Assembly: GCA_017499595.2 (NCBI GenBank)
Contig: CM038998.1
Location: 1,736,001 to 1,800,000 of the forward strand
Length of the DNA: 64,000 nt
Direction: 5' to 3'
DNA from: Psilocybe cubensis
Lineage: Eukaryota
Positions within the stretch are counted from its first letter, which is position 1, and the number at the start of each line of letters is the position of its first letter. The notes below the pieces were generated by a model that was not told the DNA's origin, did no database searches, and saw nothing but the letters and a program-made list of their open reading frames with translations. Below are positions 1 to 11,516 of this stretch, piece after piece. The position numbers were made by a program, and so were the translations under genes.

Positions 1-287
1 CACTATAAAACATTCCCTCCGTTAGGCTTTAGTTGCTCGCATACCTCATCCTGGCTAAACATGCCATGGAATTTATAACCCGACATCACTGAATAAGTCA
101 GAATGTCATTAATTTGTCTTCCAGTATACCTATAGTTACCAAGGTCTTCATTGTAATAGCAATTATGCAAAAATATTTGATCCCCTTATCGATTTGGGTC
201 CTTTTCTCTTATCACTGGTAGCTAAATAATAAGCGAGATCGGTAGCTTAATAGTCACAGTGTACATTGATCCTTGTTCAGTAGCAAT

Positions 288-1063
288 ATGTCGTTGACCA
301 GATCGCTACACCGGTTCGTCCGGGATATCAAATCTTCCCCCGCCTTTTCTGCCTTTTCTAGTCGCCAATTTGTACTTAATTTGAATAATCAGATAACACC
401 GACAACTGTGAAGCAAGTTCGTTTCGTCCGAACCTTTTCGTCCACCACTGTCACGACAATGTCTGCCCCCGCATCAACCCACGAATCTTTGGCCGTCGTC
501 TCTACATCTCGTCTGTGGCTGTCTGCATGAAATTCGCAAATACAGGGCTAATTTTTTCTACTCAATGGTTACAGAAGCACCCGCAGCAATTGGGCCGTAC
601 TCTCAAGCAATCAAAGTCGGCGACCTGGTGTTTTGCTCTGGATGCATTCCACTGGTTCCCGAAACAATGCAGATTGCCGAAGGAGGTGTTGAGGCTCAAA
701 CCGAACAGGCCCTTAAGAATCTCAAGGCCGTGGTAGAGGCTGCAGGGTCCGAGTTGGGCAAAGTAGCCAAAACTACTGTGAGTTTCGGATCTCTTGCGTG
801 GCAGAGGGGATGCCGTGAACATGTATTTCCATTGATGCATTTCCCTTTTGTCTCTCTATAGGTGTTCTTGAAATCTATGGACGACTTCGTTGCTGTGAAC
901 GGCATCTATGCAAAATTCTTTGGAAATCACGCTCCTGCCAGGTCTGCAGTCGAGGTTGCGCGCCTGCCTAAAGACGTACTTGTTGAAGTCGAGTGTATTG
1001 CCAGGTGAGCAAAAAGCACGCAACACAACGACCTGGACTGATTCTTTTGACAGCTTGAAATAG
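288..1063 (+). CDS. MMF1: RidA/YjgF/YER057c family enamine/imine deaminase (Mmf1/Hmf1-like), with a possible N-terminal mitochondrial presequence
   Basis: Exons encode [41 protein letters not shown] and [23 protein letters not shown]. The last intron 1005-1053 gives ...ASLK* with TAG at 1061-1063. In-frame ATGs at 288 and 459. Confidence 0.9.
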
Positions 1064-1180
1064 ATGCTCTATCTCTCAATTACATGTAGGATGCCTTTCT
1101 GAAACGAAAATAATGGTCCCTCCGTTTCTTCCTGAAGATAAGAAAGCACCAATTACAGAAATCCAAAATGATACAATGTT

Positions 1181-2231
1181 TTACATGGCTTCAATAACAT
1201 CCTTCAGGCTCGCCTCATCCAAAATTTCAAAGCCTTTGGACGTCGTCACCTGAATAATAAAATAAAAATCACATTGCGTAAAAGGCAACAGTAGAACGAA
1301 CCTGGGCCAACTGTACGTTGTGTTGGTCGAGCTTTTCTTCCATCACTTGCTTGAGCACGCTTAGAGTCAGTAGTTGTGCCTCCCGCAGTGTCATTTGCTG
1401 GATTAACATGGTCAATACTTGTGCTTCAGAAGCAAATACATTAATACATACCTTGTGCCATTTATCTTGTAGTTCGCTCTGCGCAGCTTCTGATCCTGAT
1501 CCAATAGCCTTGGCGTCATATCGTACAAAGGTTCCTGACGGGTCAGTGTGGTATCTGTTACAAGTCAACGATGTTCTGATTACGGAAATGCAATGGGCTT
1601 ACAGTTGAGGGCCGAGTTCATCGATCCCAGCAATAAGAAGTGCAACACCAAACGGCCTACTCATCATGGCTTCTTCATCATGAACGCTCTCTCCGAACCT
1701 CAGCGCAAGATCGCAAACGGCTTGTGTTACACTCTCAACCTTGATCTTTTCATCGTAAGTGAAGGCATGGTTCTGAGCAGTGACTCTCGCATGGTCGATC
1801 ATAGTTCTGGCATCGGCTGTGAGTCCAGACATAGCGCAGCCAAGGTGGTTATCAATTTCCATAATTTTCTCGATCGAACTCGATTCCAGTAGAGGTGATT
1901 GTACGCGTTTCTCTACTCCAAGAACTATACCTTCAGGTGTTCGAATACCGACAGTTGTCGAGCCAAGCTACATCACTTGTTAATGAGAAATGTATTCAGA
2001 GGTCAAGCCAAAGTCGCGCACTTTAATTGCCTCGATAGCATATTCGACTACAGTTGGATGTTAAATGATACCTCTTGTACTTTATGATGTTACTAAGAAT
2101 CTGTACCTTGGAACAGACGACCCTCTGGCGAGAAGGTGTTAACACCTCGATCTAAATCCTGAATAAGTGCAAATGTTTTGTAAACAAAAGGTTTTGGTGA
2201 ACGTACCATATTCAGAACGCGTCAAGAACAT
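1181..2231 (-). CDS. PUP2: 20S proteasome core subunit alpha 5
   Basis: MFLTRSEY start; [45 protein letters not shown] and AKAIGSGSE motifs across several introns. Confidence 0.95.
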
Positions 2232-2650
2232 AATGTTACGGGAATAAAGTGAAAGGTGGTTTGGCAATAGATTCAAAGTCGGAATAAAGCAGCTTGCGTA
2301 CCTCCTGACGCGTGTCCAGTCGTGGGAATTAATTGGATCTAATCTTATCTTCAAGATAATTGCGTCACGTTGCCAGTAGGCTCCAAGCACGACTTTTCGG
2401 TTCTTTTGGCCATATCAGATCGTTCTACGCTAGGTTGGTGGTCTTTAAGTAGGCTTCTACATATATGGGGGATTCCCTGGGGACTATGACTATGAGCAGT
2501 CCCGTGTCGAAGGGCAAGAAATATTCCAATGGAGGCGGTAGTTTATGTTGCTGTAATCGATCGCCTCAATCAGACTCAAACATCGAATATGTATGACCTC
2601 ATGCAATTCGTATAACAACAAACGTTGAAGGTTGGAATCTGACCACCATC

Positions 2651-3952
2651 ATGACCTCACCTGAACTCACCTCTGCTGACCTGCGAAGTATTCTTGATTT
2701 TACCGTTAAACTCGCTCGTAAGGCAGGCGACATCATTCTTGAGGGCTCTGCTGCAATCCAGTCGGCCTCTTCCGAATCGGGAGTTGGTGAAAAGAAGAAC
2801 TCGGTGGATCTGGTTACAGAATTCGATGTCAAGGTTGAGGAGCTGGTCAAAAAGGAGCTCAAGTCCCAATATCCGACCTTCCAATTGTATGTGCTTATGA
2901 CCTTTGCCTTGTCGATATTGCAAGTTATAAATTGATCCCCAGTATTGGAGAAGAATCTTATGCTGCAGGCTCGCGCCCTCCTCTGACAGACACGCCTACT
3001 TTCTGCGTTGATCCTATAGGCGAGATTATTTCAGATGATTTTTTTGCTCATTATAACCATCTTACAGATGGCACAACTAATTTTATCCATGGATTTCCAT
3101 TTGTCTGCATTTCATTGGGCCTGATTTATAGACGTCAGCCCATCCTTGGGGTCATCTACAATCCGTTTTTGGACCATTTGGCGAGTGCGTTACTTATGAA
3201 TTTGACAGAGATTTAATCTGTTATGTAGTACACCGGTATATCAGGCCAGGGCTCGTACTTGACGTCAAAAGATTCTGAACCGGTTAGATTGCCCCTTTCC
3301 AAGCCTGCAAAACCATTATCTTCATTGAGTCAAGCATTAATCGGTGAGAATCCCACGTCCATTTTTTTGCACTGGTAGCTAACCATAGAATTTTTAGCTG
3401 TCGAATGGGGGTCAGATCGTTCGCAGACTACAATTAATGCCAAATCAAGTTCCTTCTCCCGCCTTGCTGGGGATCCTGCACAAGGCGTAGCTGACGCAAA
3501 GATGGCTCATTCACTTAGGTCCGTGGGAAGTGCTGCGTTAAACTTTGCACTGGTTGCGCAAGGGGGCCTTGATTTGTACTGGTCTGTGCAATGTTTTTGG
3601 ACACCGCAAAAGGACCTCACAATTTTTGTTTGGACAGGGAAATCGGATGCTGGCCATGGGATGTTTGTGCGGGTATTGTCATTGCACAAGAAGCTGGGGC
3701 AGTCGTTTGTGGATCCTACGCTAGTTTTTCCTCCACCTCCAAAGAGAATAAATTCGGTGTCGTTACGGAGGAAATACTAACTGGAAGAAAGTATATTGTT
3801 GTCCGTGCAATAGGAGATGCTCAGGTACGTTTCTTGTTTCATTAACGTACTATTATTGAATAATACTCTCAAAGACCGAGAAGGGTGTTGAGACGCAGCG
3901 GAGGATTATTGAGGAATTCTACACCACTGTCGAGGAAGTTGAACCCGTTTGA
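2651..3952 (+). CDS. Inositol monophosphatase family protein
   Basis: DLVTEFD, IGEES, CVDPIDGTTNFIHG, RSVGSAALN and EIGCWPWDVCAG motifs; multi-exon. Confidence 0.92.
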
Positions 3953-4699
3953 TTATATCCAAAAATATAATCAGTGCTGACATAAATCTAACATTTGAAC
4001 CCGCTGCACCTCACCGCGAGATTCTTTGAGCCTATATCAAGAATAGAGCTCATTATACTGTTCCGGGTTTCGTGGCGTTCAAGAGGAGTATTAAGGGTCA
4101 CGCTTGTCACATCACATGTCATTATTGATTTGTGACATATGAAGCCGGCGGCTTGGTGAACGACACTCAGCTGTTGATGTCATTTCTCCGTTACCCCACT
4201 ACATTTTCGAGGCGAAGTCACCGGTGTAAAAAAGTTCTCAAATGATCACAGTTACTGCGGCGTAAACTGACTCCATTTTCAGTCTTTATAAAGGACGCAT
4301 ATGGGTTCGAGCGTTTCTTCCCACATTCTGTTCTCGGATAAAAGTTCCAATAACCTTTGGTCTTCTTTTTCACACTGGCGATTCATATGTCCTTCTTGAT
4401 GGACTCGCGTGCAATCCAATCTCCATCCTACATTCTCAATCTCAATGCTTTCTAAATAAACGGGCCTTTTTTTATCAACTTTTTACAGTCACCAGACCGT
4501 ATATGCGGACCGTTCGTTCTGTTTTGGTCGAATACAAGGGTATCATATGATGGGTCAAAGGCAAATAAGTTCGATGCCTGTGGGACCTAGATGAATTAAA
4601 ATAAAGCGTGCTTCAAGAAGGATTCAAGCTTCTGCGCCGCCTTCTTTTTCCTAACTCTTCTGTGTACCCCTGGGCCAAACCTCTAGGCTTTTAAGCAAT

Positions 4700-7377
4700 A
4701 TGGGGACCAGAGCAATCCCAACCAATCGTTATGCCATACAGCTAGCTTTCTTCATTGCTTTCGGTATGAAATAGCAATACAACTACACGGGCATAGTCTG
4801 AAAGCTTCTTTTGCTTAGGGGGTAAATGAACGATGCTCGATGTAGAACTTGATGTTTGTAAGTTATGCTTTGATACGATTGCACCTACGAACTCACGCCC
4901 TTGATTAGATTAATCCTTTGGACGCAGGTTTTCTGTTCGGCTACGACATCGGTGTCATCTCAGTGTGTCTGATTTCTCAATATATTGCCCTAGTAGTGAT
5001 TAAAGAAATCTGAAGGGATGTTTGATCATGCCCGACTTTATTCGCAGATTCGGAGAACTCGATGATCAAGGCAAATTCTTCCTGTCTAGTTCAAGACAGT
5101 CGATTATAACATCACTCCTCTCTGCTGGGTAAGTTTTATTGCTTGATTTTGAGATTTGTCAAGTAATGAGGCCACTTTCATTCACAGAACATTTGTGTAT
5201 GATGTATTGTTGGCGAAATGCAGGGCAGATGTATTGATATTCTGCAATTAGGGGCGCACTAGCTCAGGCCTTCACATCCGACAGAAATGGACGTAGAGGT
5301 TCCATCCTCATATGGTCTGCAGTATTCACAATTGGTGTTGCGATTCAAACCGGAACCACATTTTCCATTGTCCAGTTGACAATCGGCAGGTTTATTGCTG
5401 GCCTCGGTGTAGGTGCTTTGTCGGGTACGTAAAATGTAATTCGTATTCTTTGCCGCCACCTTAAAATGTTTTTCTTCTAGCTATTGTCCCGTAGGTTCCC
5501 CCAGTCTACACTACGGATGTAAAGGCTGACCAGGCGATAAGTCTATACAATAGTGAAACGGCCCCAAAAGCCTTGAGAGGGGCGATGCTTGTGCTTTATC
5601 AATTGCAAATTATCATTGGGCAAGTTGAAATACATGTTCAATTAAATTGTTGACTTACTTTGGGCTTTACTAGAATCTTCTTAAGTTATATTTTGGATCT
5701 GGCGACTCATTCAATCTCAAACTCCGCTTCATGGCGTATTCCTGTCGGGCTTCAGCTTCTGTTAGGTCTCATTCTTCTTTCCGGGATTTTCTTTTTGCCC
5801 GAATCTCCGTTAGTTTCATCTTTTTGCACTTTTGAATTATGTCGCTGACTTCACTATCAAGTCGACATCTTCTTGGAACAGGCCGTCACAAAGAAGCCAG
5901 AGGCGTTATTGCTGCTTTAAATGGCGTACCAGAGGATGACGAACTCGTCGACGAACTTGTAGCTGAGTTGGACTATGCTATTCGACAAGAGAACGACGGG
6001 GGAAAGGCCACATGGGCTGAATGTTTCTCCGCCCGCAATAACTTATGGAAGCGCACGGGAAACGGTATGATGCTTCAGTTCATCCAACAGCTAAACGGGC
6101 AAAATTTCTACTGTGAGTACATTGTTTATAGAAATTTGATTTAAGTTAATTGTCGACGTCATTTAGACTATTACGGCGACACTTTCTTCCAGAGTGCAGG
6201 TACACAGTGAGTTGTCAAAGTCACGGAGCTGAGGCTGTTAACTAAGAGGCCGCAGATTGAATCCGTTTGTTATCCAAGTTATTCTTGGAGGCGTGTCTGT
6301 TATTGGTACAATCCCAGCTCTAGTTAGTCCATCTATCTATTTTGATGTCATCGACTAATCGGGGTCTCAGCGTCTTATCGAAACCTGGGGGCGTCGCAGG
6401 GTACAATATTTTTTTTGACCGAAAAATTTGTCCTATTAACCATTTGGCTTTGATGGACATCATGTAGTCTTTGCTCACTGGAGCTCTTTTGGAAGCTGCT
6501 TGCGCTCTTATTGTATGTTGCTCATGCTGTCAACGCACTTCGTTGACTGAACCCTGTTAAGGCGGGCTTAGTTGGCCATTTCACGCTGGCACCTCCTGGT
6601 ACGCCACAGGACCAGCTCACAACGCGTAATAGGCGAGGTGGTAAGTAGCCTTTACACATTTGGGTGGCATAACTACTAAGCAAGAGGTAGGCGATACCTT
6701 GATTGCGTTTGCTGTACTGCATCTTTTCTCGTTCTCGATATTTTGGGGACCAACTCCGTGAGTGACACCTCCTATCGATTATAGTAAAAAAAGTAATTTT
6801 TTTCTTAGATGGGTTTACCTCGGTGAGCAAATTTGTATCCAATTGAACATAGCTAACATATCATAGGCGAATCATTCCCGCTTCGTGTAAGACCGAAAAG
6901 TATTGCACTTGGCAGCGCAACCAATTGGTGCGCATTTCAACTGCTTCGTCGTTAGAAATTATGCATTCATTCTTAAGGGCAGGTTGTGGAATTTCCTTCT
7001 TTCGTTCTTCTCTCCGAGAATATCGGCTCGGTATGTTGATTTTATATTCTACTTCTTAATTGCAACTAGTAATCGCCTTGCGTAGTATCGGCCCACTTAT
7101 TTTATTGATATTCTTCGGGATGTTGCTATTTGGATATGTATACGTGTATCTGTTCGTCCCGGAGACAAAGGGGTTGACATTGGAAGAGGTAAGTTTCATC
7201 ACATTAAATCAAGAAGGTTATTTAAGCAGTTCGTGTCAGGTCGACGAAATGTACCGATCAGGGGTCAAACCATGGAATTCGCCTAGTTGGCAACCCAGTC
7301 TGTCAAGAGAGGCACATGAAAAGGCACTTAAAGAGTTACATCACGAGAAGAGAGAAAGTCCGGAACTGGCTGCATGA
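4700..7377 (+). CDS. MFS sugar porter (hexose/pentose transporter-like), many short exons
   Basis: Spliced product contains [56 protein letters not shown] and [11 protein letters not shown] sugar-porter signatures. The start ATG at 4700 is a best guess. Confidence 0.9.
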
Positions 7378-7482
7378 ATTTATTTCAACGATTTCGTATA
7401 CGTGTTTGTCCATTTGACGATTTGACGAATCAAAGCATAGTCATACAAACTTCGACAATATAAGATAACTGTGAACATCTGA

Positions 7483-10400
7483 TTATCCTACAAATAAGTT
7501 GACCTGGGCCTGTCCATTTGTGAAAGGAATGACGAATGCCCCTGCATCCTCCTGTAGGGCCGGGGGTGTCTTGAGAATTCCAACTCCTGGTAAAATAGCC
7601 TTTTGCTGAATTGTCAATCTGCCTTGCGTCGCCGTGGCAGCTTCAACAGCACCATCGGGTGCAGCAGTCACGGCCAAAGTGACCGCCTTGGATAGAGGAT
7701 CGAACTCGACGACGGAAAATGCTCCAGCATCAAGATTTAACATGCACCCTATGGGTGCAATGTACACGCGGCGGCGAATGGAATCACGTATTTGCACTTT
7801 CACAGTCGGGGATGTCGAGAGGATGTTACCACCAAAGGCCTGCCAGCCGAAGTCTGGATGATTAATGATAAATGTCCCCATTCCCAGAGTGTGGCCGGAG
7901 AAGTTAGGGCCATAGTCGCCAGAATAAGCGTCCCACTTCAGAGTGTCGGCGAAGGAGTGGAAGGAAGCGGCTGCGAACCCATCTTGATCGATGTTCGACA
8001 AAGGTCCGCTCAACCCAGCAAAGGCAACGCGAAGGAGGTAGAAGTCGGATGGATTGGATTGGAACTCTGAAATGAGAGGGAGAGCATTAAGGCCGCTGCC
8101 GTAATGATGAATTTGACGCTCAATTCGTTGGAGCTTTCCACCATAAATGTTATCCCTGTTCGTTAAGTATTAGCGTGTTTCCATGTGCTTTACTTACGTT
8201 GCGTAATATAGACACACCAGTATCGTCTAGCATTGCCATTGTATCCCCAATGAGGAACTAGTGGCTGGTAGGCCAAAATTGAATTTATTACATTGGTCGC
8301 TGTCGCATTATTGCCAAAGTATTTGCTCCACCCATATACGCCCTCCTGTCCTGTAGAGTCCCAGGCCATTTCGGACCCAAATCTAAGTTCAAGTCAAAAA
8401 GTGCGTATGTAAGCTGAGAAATACAGCAAGAATAATAGCCTTACGGATAACGCTCTCCTGCCCATACTGTTGCGCGTGAGCGCATTCTATCCTCAACCAG
8501 AGTAACATTGTCGGTCAAGCCCTCCCGCTTAAGGTCGTCTAGCAAATAGAGGAGGACCGTTTCTCCCATCAACCCATCTCCAGCGTATCCCACTTTACCA
8601 TTTGTCATAGAAGAAACGGTAAGGACGGCCTGGTTGATGTACCACTGCCAAGTATGTGTCTTAACAAGGTTGGGATAATTGCGCGCTACGCGGTATAGCG
8701 CCCAGTAGGCAGCAGTGACATGGATATAGTCATACGCACGGTCAGTAGCAAAGGAAGTGGCTTGATTCCAAGACCACCAATTACCCCAATTGATAGAAGG
8801 CGGATAAGCGTAATTTGGGACCAACGCGGGTTGGTAGAAGAAGACTGACTGTATAGTATTATTACAGAGGCCCTGTCGTAGCATAAAATGGGTAATGTTT
8901 ACCTTCTTGACAGATCCTATTTAACGATAAACATGAGCATCAGATGTGAGTTTTCAAGAAAGACTCTACCATCGGCGTTTTGCACGGAGCCCCATAACGT
9001 TTTGCTCATAAATTGTTCCAACTTAGCGACCTCTGCAACATTAGGTTGTGCATACTGCTTCATGACTGCGGCAAGCCATGAGCCTGCTCCTGCCTCGTCA
9101 CTGAGACCAGGGATCCAGGCTCTCGGGTCGTTCAGGACGATCGCGTTCACCTCGCGGTCATAGCTGATAACAGAAGGAGAACGGTTGAAGGGATCAGTTG
9201 TGGAGTTGAACCACTGGGATGTTGTCAAAAAAGAACCGAGGTTAGAGATAGCTTCTGTAGCCGACTTCGTAATGTAATAGTGAACTGTCTGCAAAGTACC
9301 GTCGGCATAGGTGATGGATAGTCGAGCTCTGCCCCAAGTAAAAGGTGTGATATCGTAGCCAGTCCATGTAGGTGTTTTTGCGTCGTTATTTGCCGACCAA
9401 GTCAAAGCTCCGGGAGGGGTTACAGAGATGGATTGAACAGGAGAAGAATAGCTCAAAAAGAGCTTTGCATTTTGGTCAGAAGAAATGATATATCCTGGAA
9501 CACCAGCTGCAACAGGATGGTTGGCGGCTATGATCGTCTGTTCGATCTGGCGGATCGAAGGCGCTAATCGAAACTGTAGACCATAAGTGCGACTGGCACC
9601 GGGTTGTAAAATGAAAGAGGTGGGAACATTCCAGGGCGTTACCTGAGACCATTCATTCTGAGCATATGCCAATGTATGTGATTGCCATTCGTATAAGCCC
9701 TCAAATGTCTGAGATTGATAAAAAGGAGTTGCTGAAGTGGATTCAGGGAGAAATCGCCAACCTTCCAAGGGAGTTTTGCCAACAGGAAGAACAACTAGTG
9801 GTGGAGATGTGCCCAGTAAAGGAGTGACCTGCACAAATCCTGCATCCTGCCCAATGTATGGATCAAAAAGGCTGCACAATTCATTTGTTTGAGCGGCTGT
9901 ACGATCAGTGAATATCTGGTGCTTGTCAGATATATCCTCAGAAATCACCTCAGAACTCACATTGTTAAATTCCATTGGCATCCCAAGAGCACCAATCTCC
10001 ACAGGCGTGTTTTGCAGATTTGTTACGATGAATAGCATTTGAAGAACATTGTTAGCTACTGTCCATTGGCGCGTTATATTCAAGGGAGAATCCGAAGGAA
10101 GGGTTGGAGTAAGATTGGCAGACGCGAGCACTGACCCAGATACAGGTAATGGAGTTACAGGTTTCCGTGCCGTGGCCGAGTCTCCACTGACCCAGATTGT
10201 TGATCCTACACGTCTTGCGCGAAATGTGATATCTCCAATGTGATAATTACCGTTGCTTTGACGCGCAGACATTTGGTCGGCTGGAACGAAATCAAAACTA
10301 GTGTTGGACAGTGGTTTAAGCGAATATAACGTCTGCGAATCTTTGACTAATTGAGCCTGGAAGGTAGAAGTTGTGAAAGAAAGAAAGCCATCAGCTAAAC

Positions 10401-10552
10401 CAAGGGTGTTCGACTGGGCCAGTGTAAGTTGAACGATGAAAAAATTAATTATGATTACAATGTTCTTCAGCCATGGGAGAGATCTAAAGCGATAGTTTTC
10501 AGGCACAGAGAAATGAGAATATGAAAAGCGATGCTTACGCCTTGAAGCGCAT
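7483..10552 (-). CDS. Large secreted protein of the DUF5695-like family (putative glycoside hydrolase of unknown specificity)
   Basis: First exon MRFKA splices to SLPWLKNIVIIINFFIVQLTLAQ, a signal-peptide-like stretch. Conserved-looking blocks: GLSDEAGAG, RAYDYIHV, GLMGET, GSEMAWDSTGQEGVY, HWGYNGNARRYW, ERQIHHYG and DAYSGDYG. The family assignment is from recalled motifs, not a search. Confidence 0.7.
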
Positions 10553-10938
10553 ACTAACGAGCAGTCAGCACACGTCTTCAAGTAACAATAGCTGTTTATA
10601 TGCAATTCATCGACCGTAGAAAAGTGACACTTCTTTATCAGACATGATGTTCGAGGTTCCTACCGACTTGCCAGCAAGATATTACCTTGAAGGTTGATCC
10701 CCGTGACAAGGCTGCAGCGGTACCAACTGTCCGGAGAATGAGGAAGCAAGTGGCAGCCGATGCTATATAGCGTGTGTAGCGCATTGAGGACAAGAATTCG
10801 TATCCCAAAAAAAATTATGGAAGTACAACATCATTGGAGAAGAAGGGCCTTGATCTGCAAAGTCCGACGCGAACTCCTGGAAGTCACAATGCCATGCCGT
10901 GCACTGATCAGTCTGATGTGACGCATCGCGTTTGCGTG

Positions 10939-10988
10939 TTAACTTTGTCACGAACCAACTTGATTAACTTTGCCACGAACCAACTTGA
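10939..10988. repeat. Tandem duplication of a 25-bp unit (TTAACTTTG[T/C]CACGAACCAACTTGA) x2
   Basis: Read directly at 10939-10963 and 10964-10988, one mismatch; lies in the divergent intergenic region. Confidence 0.85.
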
Positions 10989-11516
10989 ACTGACTGAACT
11001 CCACCAACTTTGCACCTACAACCTGTACAACGGCAAAATGTTGTTCTAATCTCGTCCTGTTTTATCCTTGTCTCCGGCATATAAACTTTGTGAAACGATT
11101 GCTATCTTCGCTTAATTGAACATGCTTCTAATCTTATCCTTTGAACTCCTGACCCGACATTATTGATCCCATTGTGAAAAGCGAGTGTGGGCATTTATAC
11201 CACATTCAGTTGTCGAAGCTTCTCTATGTAGTGTCTGGTGGAACTCTTTCCAACTAAAGGTGCCGATATGTCTTGGATATGTCATGCGTGGCTTCTGCGA
11301 GGAATCCATTGCCTTCTTCGACAATAACTACTACTAGCCCTAGCAAGGTCAACTGATTTTGCTCAGATATCCTAACATTGCCTCGACGGACCGTGAAGAA
11401 TGGCGCAGGGCATGCACAATCTGACCATATTCGGACCGGATTGCGGGAACGGCATAAAAGGAAGGGAATTTGAGTCATTTGATGAGAACCTTTGACGATT
11501 CGCCCTGCTCGTGATC

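Noticed and set aside
2391-2520. Vague U2 snRNA-like start and a GGGACT...AGTCCC hairpin in the PUP2/IMPase intergenic region
   Set aside because: Lacks the GTAGTA branch-pairing motif and an Sm site; similarity is at chance level.
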